A stretch of 64,000 nt of DNA from Eledone cirrhosa (lineage: Eukaryota). Below the pieces are notes generated by a model. It did not search any database and had not been told where the DNA came from. It saw nothing but the letters and a program-made list of their open reading frames with translations. Shown here piece after piece: positions 41,213 to 55,710 of this stretch. Location of the stretch: positions 18,476,001 through 18,540,000 of the forward strand of contig OZ024756.1 in the NCBI GenBank assembly GCA_964016885.1, in the 5' to 3' direction. The position numbers and the translations under genes were made by a program. Numbering within the stretch: position 1 is the first letter of the stretch; every line of letters begins with the position of its first letter.

Positions 41213-41859
41213 TCTATATATATATAACTGATGATGTCTGTCTGTCTGTCTGTGTGTGTGTGTGTGTCTGTGAGTTTGAATCCATAAAACTCGAGAAGTA
41301 CCCAACTGATTTTTTTCAAACTTGACATGTGTATTACTTATGTTTCAGGGAGTGTTATGCACATAAAAAATTCAACTTTTTGATCCCCTAGGGCCCGCAT
41401 TAGGTGAAAAATTGCGTTTTTTCTAGCCTTTAGGGTTTTTTTGAGGCGTTACGTCAGACCGATTTCCTTGAAATTGTAACTATGTATTATTCAGTGTCGT
41501 CTTCATACCGTGAGCAAAGAAAATCTAACTTTTTTATGGCCTAGGGCCTGCATTAAGTGAAAAACTTCAGCTTTTTAGGGCTTATTTGAGGCGTTACGTC
41601 TAACCGATTTTCCCAAAATTTGAAGGCATATATTATGCACATAAAAAAATTCATTTTCTTGATCCCCTAGGGCCCGCATTAGGTGAAAACCTGAATTTTT
41701 CCTGCTTCTTCGAGGAAAATCTTAAAGATTATCCAGCCATCAGAGTATTCGGTTTATTTTCTTTACATATTGTCCAGGCATGCAGTTTTTCCACGATTAG
41801 GTCTGTTGGCGACCCGCGTTCCAAAATACCTTATCCCGTACAACGCCGGGTACCACTGC

Positions 41860-41862
<3 letters not shown>
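41213..41862 (+). mobile_element. Non-autonomous Helitron
   Basis: 5' TCTATATATATA..(TCTG)n; 3' CCCGTACAACGCCGGGTACCACTGCTAT (CTAG variant). Confidence 0.7.
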
Positions 41863-41894
<32 letters not shown>

Positions 41895-42147
41895 CATATA
41901 TATATATGTGTGTGTGTGTACATACATATATACACACACACACACTCCCTCTTTCTCTCTTTGTCTCTCACACACACACTTGAAGGACTTGCCACCCAAG
42001 TAAGCAAAGTAAACGGTGTGTGTGTGTGTGTATGACTGCCAGCAATATGAAACCATGAATCCTTCAAATCTGAAATGACCTGCAAAGATCCCCCCCCCCC
42101 CACACTCTAGATTTCTTCGTGTGGCCGAATTATTACAGAATAATTAT

Positions 42148-42290
42148 GGTTTCTGATTTAGGCACAAGGCCAGAAATTTGAGAGTCAATTAAATCGACCT
42201 CAATGCTTTATTTTATCGACCCTCTAAGGATGAAAGGCAAAGCTAAGCTTGGCGGGATTTGAACCCAGAACGTAAAGGGATATAACCCTA
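42148..42290 (-). mobile_element. Family 1 SINE fragment
   Basis: Core motif. Confidence 0.8.
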
Positions 42291-42580
42291 TGCACCATGC
42301 TTTGCGGTATAGAATGGAATGACGTTCAGAGTCCCCCCTGGCTTTCCTGTCGGTCTAGGTGGGCCCCCTAGGCTATAATTCTAAACACATAACTTATTAC
42401 ACATGTAATTACGAATCCTTAACTACAACAACGTAAAGAAAACGCTTAATCTCTAATAAGGCTAGAAGTTAAGACCAATCTCTTGTTTATTTAAAAAATA
42501 TAATATTTCGGATAAAATGGCAACTGCATCTAAAAAAAAGTGTAGACAATATTCTGTCGAATAAAAACGTTAAATTTTTT

Positions 42581-42763
42581 TTACTTGCTTTCCCCACATC
42601 TTATTTAGTTGAGTCAGGTTTCAGTCAGGTGATGCATCTGCTTTCAACAAGTCAAAATCGCCTTGATATAGAAAGAAGAGGTGATTTACGACTCTCTCTA
42701 ACGGCTTTCACACCAAACATTGACAAATTAGTAGCCTTGCATCAATCACAGGGATCTCATTAA
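42581..42763 (+). pseudogene. Charlie-type hAT transposase C-terminal fragment
   Basis: LLAFPTSYLVESGFSQVMHLLSTSQNRLDIERRGDLRLSLTAFTPNIDKLVALHQSQGSH*; not in the ORF track. Confidence 0.8.
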
Positions 42764-43193
42764 AAACCGATTATTATATTCTTTGATTTGTATGTTATGT
42801 GACCACCACAAATAAATGATTTGATATCTAAATTCTATATTATTCTATTTGTTTGAAATGTTGTAATACATGCTTATGTTATTCTCGATACTCAGGTTTT
42901 TAACCTAATATTTAATTAAAAGTATAATTATGCATGAGTATATACACACAAATATATCTATATTTATATATTGTGTGTATATATAGAAAAAATATATATA
43001 ATATTTTTATTTATGTTGTTACTTTTTATCATTAGTCACATTTTAGAACAATTTGGTATTTGCGACATTTCCTGGACTTTTGCTCTATGTTTTGTTTTTC
43101 GTCGATTATTTGACGTGTTTTACATTCTTCGGTGTTGAATATCAAATCAAGCAAATTGTATTATTATATAAGTGTGTCAATATAGTGCTCATT

Positions 43194-43540
43194 GTGGGTA
43201 TGGTGTGGTGTGTAGTGGCCGGAGGCTGGGCGTGCTTGACCGGAAGCGTGCTCGTCCGGAAGGGCGAGCAGATGTGACGTCAGCTTGAGAGGCCCCTTTC
43301 TCTTCTACGGCGGTCATCGGACTGAGACAGACGTGCGATTTGAGGCTGCGATCGGCGAGCTGGATTGTACACACGTGGAAGAGAGGAAAACCAGCCAACG
43401 ACTTTGCCAGGACCAGAGAAATGCGGTAAGTGAAGTGGCTTTCTAATCACAAGCTATTTCAGCACTTAAAGACTTATAGAAAAAAAAAAGAAAAAGGAAA
43501 AAGGAAGAATTTTTTTTTAAGACAAAGCCACTGGAAAGCA
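43194..43540 (+). other. 347-bp GC-rich insertion flanked by a 20-bp direct repeat
   Basis: GTGTCAATATAGTGCTCATT at 43174-43193 and 43541-43560. Confidence 0.8.
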
Positions 43541-43564
43541 GTGTCAATATAGTGCTCATTAACA

Positions 43565-46093
43565 ATGCTGCCTAAAAAAACTTACAAAACTGGAGCAACA
43601 AAGAGGAGAGAAGCTAGACAAGCTGCCACGGAAGAATCTGCAAAGAAATGTCATCTAATCACAAGATTTCTGAAAAGTCAACAGTCTTCGTCAACAAGTA
43701 GTGACGCATCCCAAAGCAACGTAACTGCCGGAATTTCCGGCGAGTCGGTCTGGTCAGATGAACTGGAGAAACAGAAAAGCACTGGAGAGTCGCGAGAAAT
43801 TTTGCTGATTTCCCTCTCGACTCGAACCACAGAAAATTCAACATCAGTTGGTACAAGAGAAAGTGTGCTGGAATCCATAAAGTTGACCGACACTAGTTAG
43901 TATACTCTCCTGAATCCAACAGACTATATTGCTTTTGTTGTTGGCTGTTTGCTGATAAAAATGCCGAATCTTACTCGAAGACTTGGGGAATCCAGAGTGT
44001 GGGATGGCAAACTTCAAAAAGGGAATCGAAAAAATTGCCAAGCATGAGAAATATGCCATTCACATCAATGCACAAAAGCAATACTTCATGACAAAATATC
44101 GTTTGGACGCAGATAAAACAGTGATCGATAACCTCATCCATGAAGAGAAGAAGCGAATTGAACGAAATCGCGAAATATTGAGTAGATTGCTTGATTGTAC
44201 GTTATTTCTCGCAAAACAAGGCCTGGCCTTCAGAGGTCACAGGGAATATGCTGGACTTGGCGCCAAATCAGAAAATGAAAGAAACTTTATTGAATTGTTG
44301 AAATTGATGGCCAAGTATGATACGATCTTGGAAAGCCATTTATTCTCGCCTGGGCGCACTAAAAGACAGCCTATGTACTTAAGTCCAAAATTACAAAACG
44401 AATTCATAGAATGCCTGGCAAACGAATGTACTCAACAAATAATCACGGAAGTGAAAGCGGCAAAATACTATTCAGTCATCGTCGATTCCACAATAGACAT
44501 TTCACATCAGGATCAATGCTCTGTGTCACTGCGATATGTATCGAAAAGTGGCCACACACAGGAGCATTTCCTGTCGTTTTGTGAACTAGAATCAGCAGCC
44601 ACTGAATCATTTTACGATACGTTTGTGAAAGTTCTTTTCTAGGATCTATCCTTGGATGCTCAATATATTAGGGGACAAGCTTACGACGGAGCGTCGAATA
44701 TGTCCGACCATATTACTGGGCTTCAGGCTAGAGTTAAAGAGGGATGCTCTTCGAAAGCTGTTTACGTCCATTGTTGCGCTCAAAACCTGAACCTGGTGTT
44801 AATCGATGCTAGCCAATCGTCAGTGGATGGTAAATTATTTTTTGGTATATTGGAGAGCCTGTATGTTTTCTTAACATCAAGCTTGCCAAGGCTGAAAATC
44901 CTCGAAGAAGAACAAAAAAAAACTATTGACTTCAGCGGTATTAACATTAAAAAGACTCAGATACGCGCTGGTTTAGTCACATTCCGGCTGTAGAGGCTAC
45001 CATTAACAACTTACCGGCAGTAATAAGTGCACTAGAGAGGATAATAAGTGGGGATGTTCACAACACTGCTCCGAAAGTATTAGCCGAGGCCAGAGGTTTG
45101 CTACTAAATGTGAGCAAGTTTGAATTCATTTTCATGTTGAAGTTTTTTCAGAATTTACTTAAAAAGCTGCATTCTGTTTCACATTATTTGCAGAAGGAGT
45201 TCAAATCCCGCCGAGGTTAACTTTGCCTTTCATCCTTACATGGTCGATAAAATAAAGTACCAGTAATACGCTGGGTAATTGCTGGCCTTGTGCCTAAAGT
45301 AGAAACAATTATTTGCAGAAGGAGGCTATCGACTTATATTTCGCGGACGTCATGATTAAAAATGTAGTAAAAGAAATTGAAGACATCCGCTCAAATGAAT
45401 ATTTTGACCGAACATTATCAGACGCTAAAAATCTCGCCGAACAATGTCAAGTTGAACCAGAGTTTACAACAGAAAAACGGAAAAGAAAAAAAGAAGCGTT
45501 TTCATGACAAAAATTCCAGTGACGAACCTCATGAGACGATGAGTCAGCATTTTAAACGGCACGTTTATTTCACTATCTTAGATGGAATCATTAGTAGCTT
45601 TAACAAACGTTTTGCCGACTTGCACGATCTAGTGAAGGATTTTTCGTGCTTGATACCGGCGCACTTCGACAACTACGACACATGCAATAGAGAGAGAATC
45701 GATAATCTTGTGAAATTCTACGAGGGTGACATTGAAAATGACACTATCTTCGACGAGTATTTATCATTCAAAGATTTTTACAAGGAAGTGTGTTTAGATA
45801 AATCCATATCGAGTTCTGAGATCGTTCCGTTTATGATTTCTAATGACTTAGATAGAGCCTATCCGAACGTGTTTGCTTTATACAAAATGTTCATAACTAT
45901 TCCGGTTAGCTCGGCGCAGGCTGAGCGAACCTTCAGCAGGCTCAAACTGATAAAGAATTATTTGCGTAGTACCATGAGTGAAGAGCGGTTGAATGCTCTG
46001 GCAATGATGTACATAGAGCGAGAACTGGCTGAAAAAATTGACATCGTGATTGAAAAATTTTCTAAAGTAAAACATCGCAAATTAGAACTGTAG
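43565..46093 (+). pseudogene. hAT transposase (ZMYM1-like, DUF4371 plus hATC dimerisation domain), disrupted
   Basis: LAKQGLAFRGH, YSVIVDSTID, GQAYDGASNM, VHCCAQNLNL, PVSSAQAERTFSRLKLIKNYLRSTMSEERLNAL. Stops, frameshifts and a SINE insertion. Confidence 0.92.
45200..45307 (+). mobile_element. 5'-truncated family 1 SINE inside the transposase, 17-bp TSD
   Basis: ATTATTTGCAGAAGGAG at 45183-45199 and 45308-45324. Confidence 0.9.
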
Positions 46094-46416
46094 AACAAGT
46101 AATGTGCTCGAATGTGAAAGTAAAGTTTTAGATGGACGATTTGTGTACATACGAATTTTTGTTGGTGAATAATCGATTGCAAAAGTAGTTTTATTTGATG
46201 TTGTTTTTTTTCTGAAGATAGACCACCGTCTTCGCAGTTAATAAAGTTTTCACGGAACATGCGAACTCTGTAATCTATGATGCTGTCTACTCTATTATAA
46301 ATTATTATCTATTCTATATGCGTGTATGAACATATTTCTTTGCAGCCGATGGAAATGAGCGTATGGAATTGGTGGGCCCCCTTTAGATCGAATTTGCCCC
46401 TCCCCCGGCTTTAAAA

Positions 46417-46432
46417 GCTAGTTACGCCACTG
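46417..46432 (-). mobile_element. Right TIR of the hAT element
   Basis: Reverse complement CAGTGGCGTAACTAGC. No matching left TIR was found. Confidence 0.65.
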
Positions 46433-46559
46433 GGTCACCCTAGTCTCCTCATTTGTTTGTGAGGACTAACAAAGATAATGGACAGCATCCGAACTTCTCT
46501 GATCAACATATTTTATATAACGCTTTATATAATGAAGGAGAAAAAAAACAAAACATTAT

Positions 46560-49500
46560 GTCACACACAGGCACACACTCACATACATAAACACACAAAC
46601 ACATACATACAGACACACACTCACATACATAAACACACAAACACATACATACAGACACACACTCACATACATACAGACACACACTCACATACATAAACAC
46701 ACAAACACATACATACAGGCACACACTCACATACATAAACACACAAACACATACATACAGACACACACTCACATACATAAACACACAAACACATACATAC
46801 AGACACACACTCACATACATAAACACACAAACACATACATACAGACACACACTCACATACATACAGACACACACTCACATACATAAACACACAAACACAA
46901 CCATACAGGCACACACTCACATACATAAACACACAAACACATACATACAGGCACACACTCACATACATAAACACACAAACACATACATACAGACACACAT
47001 TCACATACATAAACACACAAACACATACATACAGGCACACACTCACATACATAAACACACAAACACATACATACAGACACACACTCACATACATAAACAC
47101 ACAAACACATACATACAGACACACACTCACATACATAAACACACAAACACATACATACAGACACACACTCACATACATAAACACACAAACACATACATAC
47201 AGGCACACACTCACATACATAAACACATACATACAGACACACACTCACATACATAAACACACAAACACATACATACAGGCACACACTCACATACATAAAC
47301 ACACAAACACATACATACAGACACACACTCACATACATAAACACACAAACACAACCATACAGACACACACTCACATACATAAACACATAAACACATACAT
47401 ACAGACACACACATACATAAACACAGAAACACATACATACAGGCACACACTCACATACATAAACACACAAACACATACATACAGACACACACTCACATAC
47501 ATAAACACACAAACACATACATACAGGCACACACTCACATACATAAACACATACATACAGACACACACTCACATACATAAACACACAAACACATACATAC
47601 AGGCACACACTCACATACATAAACACACAAACACATACATACAGACACACACTCACATACATAAACACACAAACACAACCATACAGACACACTCACATAC
47701 ATAAACACATAAACACATACATACAGATACACACATACATAAACACACAAACACATACATACAGGCACACACTCACATACATAAACACACAAACACATAC
47801 ATACAGACACACACTCACATACATAAACACACAAACACATACATACAGACACACACTCACATACATACAGACACACACTCACATACATAAACACACAAAC
47901 ACATACATACAGGCACACACTCACATACATAAACACACAAACACATACATACAGACACACACTCACATACATAAACACACAAACACATACATACAGACAC
48001 ACACTCACATACATAAACACACAAACACATACATACAGACACACACTCACATACATACAGACACACACTCACATACATAAACACACAAACACAACCATAC
48101 AGGCACACACTCACATACATAAACACACAAACACATACATACAGGCACACACTCACATACATAAACACACAAACACATACATACAGACACACATTCACAT
48201 ACATAAACACACAAACACATACATACAGGCACACACTCACATACATAAGCACACAAACACATAGATACAGACACACACTCACATACATAAACACACAAAC
48301 ACATACATACAGACACACACTCACATACATAAACACACAAACACATACATACAGACACACACTCACATACATAAACACACAAACACATACATACAGGCAC
48401 ACACTCACATACATAAACACATACATACAGACACACACTCACATACATAAACACACAAACACATACACACAGGCACACACTCACATACATAAACACACAA
48501 ACACATACATACAGACACACACTCACATACATAAACACACAAACACAACCATACAGACACACACTCACATACATAAACACATAAACACATACATACAGAC
48601 GCACACATACATAAACACACAAACACATACATACAGGCACACACTCACATACATAAACACACAAACACATACATACAGACACACACTCACATACATAAAC
48701 ACACACTCACATACATACAGACACACACTCACATACATAAACACACAAACACAACCATACAGGCACACACTCACATACATAAACACACAAACACATACAT
48801 ACAGACACACACTCACATACATAAACACACAAACACATACATACAGACACACACTCACATACATAAACACACAAACACATACATACAGACACACACTCAC
48901 ATACATAAACACACAAACACATACATACAGGCACACACTCACATACATAAACACATACATACAGACACACACTCACATACATAAACACACAAACACATAC
49001 ATACAGGCACACACTCACATACATAAACACACAAACACATACATACAGACACACACTCACATACATAAACACACAAACACAACCATACAGACACACACTC
49101 ACATACATAAACACATAAACACATACATACAGACACACACATACATAAACACAGAAACACATACATACAGGCACACACTCACATACATAAACACACAAAC
49201 ACATACATACAGACACACACTCACATACATAAACACACAAACACATACATACAGGCACACACTCACATACATAAACACATACATACAGACACACACTCAC
49301 ATACATAAACACACAAACACATACATACAGGCACACACTCACATACATAAACACACAAACACATACATACAGACACACACTCACATACATAAACACACAA
49401 ACACAACCATACAGACACACTCACATACATAAACACATAAACACATACATACAGATACACACATACATAAACACACAAACACATACATACAGGCACACAC

Positions 49501-52168
49501 TCACATACATAAACACACAAACACATACATACAGACACACACTCACATACATAAACACACAAACACATACATACAGACACACACTCACATACATACAGAC
49601 ACACACTCACATACATAAACACACAAACACATACATACAGGCACACACTCACATACATAAACACACAAACACATACATACAGACACACACTCACATACAT
49701 AAACACACAAACACATACATACAGACACACACTCACATACATAAACACACAAACACATACATACAGACACACACTCACATACATACAGACACACACTCAC
49801 ATACATAAACACACAAACACAACCATACAGGCACACACTCACATACATAAACACACAAACACATACATACAGGCACACACTCACATACATAAACACACAA
49901 ACACATACATACAGACACACATTCACATACATAAACACACAAACACATACATACAGGCACACACTCACATACATAAGCACACAAACACATAGATACAGAC
50001 ACACACTCACATACATAAACACACAAACACATACATACAGACACACACTCACATACATAAACACACAAACACATACATACAGACACACACTCACATACAT
50101 AAACACACAAACACATACATACAGGCACACACTCACATACATAAACACATACATACAGACACACACTCACATACATAAACACACAAACACATACACACAG
50201 GCACACACTCACATACATAAACACACAAACACATACATACAGACACACACTCACATACATAAACACACAAACACAACCATACAGACACACACTCACATAC
50301 ATAAACACATAAACACATACATACAGACGCACACATACATAAACACACAAACACATACATACAGGCACACACTCACATACATAAACACACAAACACATAC
50401 ATACAGACACACACTCACATACATAAACACACACTCACATACATACAGACACACACTCACATACATAAACACACAAACACAACCATACAGGCACACACTC
50501 ACATACATAAACACACAAACACATACATACAGGCACACACTCACATACATAAACACACAAACACATACATACAGACACACATTCACATACATAAACACAC
50601 GAACACATACATACAGGCACACACTCACATACATAAGCACACAAACACATACATACAGACACACACTCACATACATAAACACACAAACACATACATACAG
50701 ACACACACTCACATACATAAACACACAAACACATACATACAGATACACACTCACATACATAAACACACAAACACATACATACAGGCACACACTCACATAC
50801 ATAAACACATACATACAGACACACACTCACATACATAAACACACAAACACATACATACAGGCACACACTCACATACATAAACACACAAACACATACATAC
50901 AGACACACACTCACATACATAAACACACAACCATACAGACACACACTCACATACATAAACACATAAACACATACATACAGACGCACACTCACATACATAA
51001 ACACACATACACATACATACAGGCACACACTCACATACATAAACACACAAACACATACATACAGGCACACACTCACATACATAAACACACAAACACATAC
51101 ATACAGACACACACTCACATACATAAACACACAAACACATACATACAGGCACACACTCACATACATAAACACACAACCACATACATACAGACACACACTC
51201 ACATACATAAACACACAAACACATACATACAGGCACACACTCATACATAAACACACAAACACATACATACAGACACACACTCACATACATAAACACACAA
51301 ACACATACATACAGACACACACTCACATACATAAACACACAAACACATACATACAGACACAGACTCACATACATAAACACACAAGCACATACATAAGGCA
51401 CACACTCACATACATAAACACACAAACACACACTCACATACATAAACACACAAACACATACATACAGACACACACTCAGATACATAAACACATAAACACA
51501 TACATACAGACACACTCACATACATAAACACATACATACAGACACACACATACATAAACACACAAACACATACATACAGACACACACTCACATACATAAA
51601 CATACAAACACATACATACAGACGCACACTCACATACATAAACACACAAACACATACATACAGACACAGACTCACATACATAAACACACAAGCACACACT
51701 CACATACATAAACACACAAACACACACTCACATACATAAACACACAAACACATACATACAGACACACACTCACATACATAAACACATAAACACATACATA
51801 CAGACACACTCACATACATAAACACATACATACAGACACACACATACATAAACACACAAATACATACATACAGACACACACTCACATACATAAACATACA
51901 AACACATACATACAGACGCACACTCACATACATAAACACACAAACACATACATACAGGCACACACTCACATACATAAACACACAAACACATACATACAGA
52001 CACACACTCACATACATAAACACACAAACACATACATACAGGAACACACATACATAAACACACAAACACATACATACAGGCACACACTCACATACATAAA
52101 CACACAAACACATACATACAGACATACACTCACATACATAAACACATACATACAGGCACACACATACA
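46560..52168. repeat. 42-bp CA-rich minisatellite with a 1728-bp higher-order duplication
   Basis: Unit CACACACTCACATACATAAACACACAAACACATACATACAG(A/G). Identical ORF translations are offset by 1728 bp (47211/48939, 47535/49263). Confidence 0.95.
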
Positions 52169-52252
52169 CAGTGAACTTAATAAGACCTTGTATTTTTATA
52201 TCTCTGTCTTTGTCTCGCTTATTATAAATATAAATATATATATATATATATG

Positions 52253-52313
<61 letters not shown>

Positions 52314-52620
52314 TGAGAGAGAGAAAAACAAGATATTCATTTTCTGCACTCACTTGTTCCTCAGTCAGGAATTAAACAAGATGTTGAGGATAAGTTCATT
52401 GAAATGACCTTAATCCACTGAATAAATTGAGCCGATAATCCTAGCTTAACCTTGCTTTTAGTTTTAATTTGTAATTTAGTGATTGTCGTGTGTTTGTTTG
52501 AGCGTGTGAGTGTGTGAGGGTTGTATATGCATGTGTTAGTGAGAATATGGTAGTTAATATTTATTGGGAATATTGGAATACTTAGAATAATAGTTATGTA
52601 ATAAATAACATAAGATAATT

Positions 52621-52695
52621 AATTCATTTACCAAGGGTTTCACGAAGACAGACGAGCTTGATACTTACGCCTGCCTTCAATCATCAGAAAGAATT
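52621..52695 (-). ncRNA. Type I HHR
   Basis: AATTCTTT-CTGATGA-tTGAAGGCAGGCG..CGTCTGTCTTCGt-GAA-ACC ctt GGT-A-AATGAATT. Confidence 0.75.
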
Positions 52696-53179
52696 TATTT
52701 AAAGAATTTATTAAAATCTTACTTAGAACAGTATGCAGATAGTTAAAGAAGCGCGCGCACACACACACACAGACACACACACACACTCACACATACACAC
52801 TCGCACATAAATACATACACACACGAACACATACACATACATACATACGCACACATACATACACACGTACATACGTACACACATACTCACACACGCACAC
52901 AAATATACTGACGCACGCACACACACACACATACAGATACATACAGACACATACTCACATGCAAACATACAGATACATACATGCATACACACACAGACAC
53001 ATGTATACGCACTGACATACATAGCCAGACATACACACACACAGAGACTCAAGGACTGGCAAGCTCCATTGCAAGAGGCACAGCGGGCCAAAAGTGGGAG
53101 GAGGGGGTGATATCTACCAGTTATGATGCTAATCTTACAATACAACTGATAGACTGTTGTTATGCTTAGCAGCATGGAG

Positions 53180-53335
53180 TTATGGCCCTTTGCGTTCTGA
53201 GTTCAAATCTCGTCAAGGGTAAGCTTTGCTTTTCATCCTTACGGGGTCGATAAAATAAAGTACCTGTAATGCACTGGGGTTGATTTAATCGATTTCTCCT
53301 TTCCACAAAATTGTTGGCCTTGTGCCTAAAACAGC
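53180..53335 (+). mobile_element. Family 1 SINE fragment
   Basis: Core motif. Confidence 0.8.
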
Positions 53336-53410
<75 letters not shown>

Positions 53411-54252
53411 GGGCAGGTAAAATTCCCGAGATCCATGGACGAGTTCTCTCCAGCGGTCTCTGTCCTTCATCATCACTGCCATATGCTGCGTCTCCAAGAG
53501 ACCTGTGTCTGACCTTAGGGCATCAACATATGTCAACCTCAGTCCCCTCTGTGTTACTTTCGAGCTGACTTTTGGGAGGCTCCCATACAGCTCTGAGTTC
53601 TTCATCCTCAGTGAATACTGATTAATGTTCAGAGCCATCCTCAGCATTCTCGTGTAGCACCCATGCACCATCTGAGTGAGTTTCTTGGTCAATGTCCAAG
53701 TCTCAGACCCGTACAGTAGCACAGAGTTCACTGTAGCAAGGAAGAGACGGATCTTTAGGTCTTTACGAAGGTCAGACCGATCTCAAACTGTGGCACGCAA
53801 CCCAGGCTTTGCTCTTCCCCTCAACCACATCATCCTCTGTATTCCCAATCTTACTCCCAGATACAGGAAGTCCTCAGCCAACTCTTACTTACGTATTCCC
53901 AATCTTACTCCCAGATACAGGAAGTCCTCAGCCAACTCTAGCGGCTTCCCGCCAAGAAGAAGATCAAGGAGGGCAAGGCCCATGGAGAAGATGGAGTGGC
54001 ATCAGAGGTGATGAAGAGGTGTAATTTTGATGATATCATCCTGGAGTTCTGTAATCAGGCACTGGAAAAAGGAGTTGCCCCAAATCAGTGGAGGATCAGT
54101 AACACCGTCGCAGTGCCAAAGAAGGGAGATCTCTCTAACACCAACAACTACAGGAGAATCTTACTGATGTCACTTGTGGCAAAGACCCTCAACAGGATGA
54201 TTCTTAACAGGATCCAGCCTGAGATGGAGAAGAAGCTCAGGGACAACCAGAA
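53411..54252. pseudogene. LINE RT remnant in two opposite-orientation pieces, bounded by (TA)n
   Basis: Minus-strand LLYGSETWTLTKK..YTRMLRMALNI; plus-strand VPKKGDLSNTNNYRRILLMSLVAKTLNRMILNRI. Confidence 0.8.
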
Positions 54253-54500
54253 TATATATATATATATATATATATAGGAAAAAGTATGAACCTGACGGCA
54301 GAGCTCAAGCCTTTCGACGGCTATTTATCCACTCTACTACCCTAAGTATTGAGTACTCTGGTGCGTTATGGTCCATCTGATTCCTTACCACAATTCCTTT
54401 GTCTATATATATATATATATATATATATGTGAACGAACAAAACACAGGAGGCAATTGTACACAGTTATATTAGGTTCATGTTTGGTGGAAGTGGAGGAGA

Positions 54501-54536
54501 TTTCAACGTTTCGGACATAAGTCCTTCATCAAGAAA
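54501..54536 (-). ncRNA. Minimal HHR with a C3-to-U change
   Basis: TTTC-TTGATGA-aGGAC ttat GTCC-GAA-ACGT-T-GAAA; between TA tracts. Confidence 0.7.
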
Positions 54537-54580
54537 GTTCGGATAGGTGGAGAATATGAACCCCGAGAGGGAGTAAGGAG

Positions 54581-54619
<39 letters not shown>

Positions 54620-54634
<15 letters not shown>

Positions 54635-54867
54635 CAGTTAGTGTGTGTGTGTGTGTCAGTTAGTGTGTGTGTGTGTCAGTTAGTGTGTGTGTGTGTGTGT
54701 CAGTTAGTGTGTGTGTCTGTGTGTCAGTTAGTATGTGTGTATGTATATGTGTATGTATGTATATGTGTCCATCTGTGTATATGTCTGTGTGTCAGTTAGC
54801 ATGTGTGTGTATATATATGTGTGTCTGTGAATGTATATATGTGTATGTCTGTATGTGTATGTCTGTG

Positions 54868-54900
<33 letters not shown>

Positions 54901-55165
54901 CAGTTAGTATGTGTGTCTCTATGTGTGTGACCGTCTATCTTTGTGTGTCAGTTAGTATGTGTGTGCATGTGTATATGTGTGTCTGTGTGTCAGTTAGTAT
55001 GTGTGTCTGTGTATGTATATATGTACGTCTGTGTATGTATATGTGTATGTCTGTATGTATATGTGTCCATCTGTGTATATGTCTGTGTGTCAGTTAGCAT
55101 GTGTGTGTGTATATGTGTGTGTCTGTGAATTTATATATGTGTATGTCTGTATGTGTATGTCTGTG

Positions 55166-55204
<39 letters not shown>

Positions 55205-55501
55205 CAGTTAGTATGTGTGTCTCTGTGTGTGTGACCGTCTATCTTTGTGTGTCAGTTAGTATGTGTGTGTGTGTGTGCATGTGTATATGTGTGTCTGTGT
55301 GTCAGTTAGTATGTGTGTCTGTGTATGTATATGTGTACGTCTGTGTATGTATATGTGTATGTCTGTATGTATATGTGTCCATCTGTGTATATGTCTGTGT
55401 GTCAGTTAGCATGTGTGTGTGTATATATGTGTGTCTGTGAATGTATATGTGTGTATATATGTGTGTCTGTGAATGTATATATGTGTATGTCTGAATGTGT
55501 A

Positions 55502-55545
<44 letters not shown>
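54620..55545. repeat. (GT)n/(GTAT)n compound repeat with CAGTTAG markers
   Basis: Direct reading. Confidence 0.9.
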
Positions 55546-55546
<1 letters not shown>

Positions 55547-55710
55547 TATCTCAACTGGACATGCCTACCGGTTTAATATCCTGCTATACTCTAGAGAACC
55601 AAACAAAACATGAAAATATTGAAATGTTTGGTTGCCATATTCTAGATATTTATTTAGCATCAGCAGACGACAGGGGTGAAGATAAGAGCGTCCACGCCGC
55701 GGCCCCGGAT

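Noticed and set aside
43565-46093. Domesticated ZMYM1-like host gene
   Set aside because: Stops, frameshifts, a SINE insertion and a flanking TIR indicate a dead transposon.
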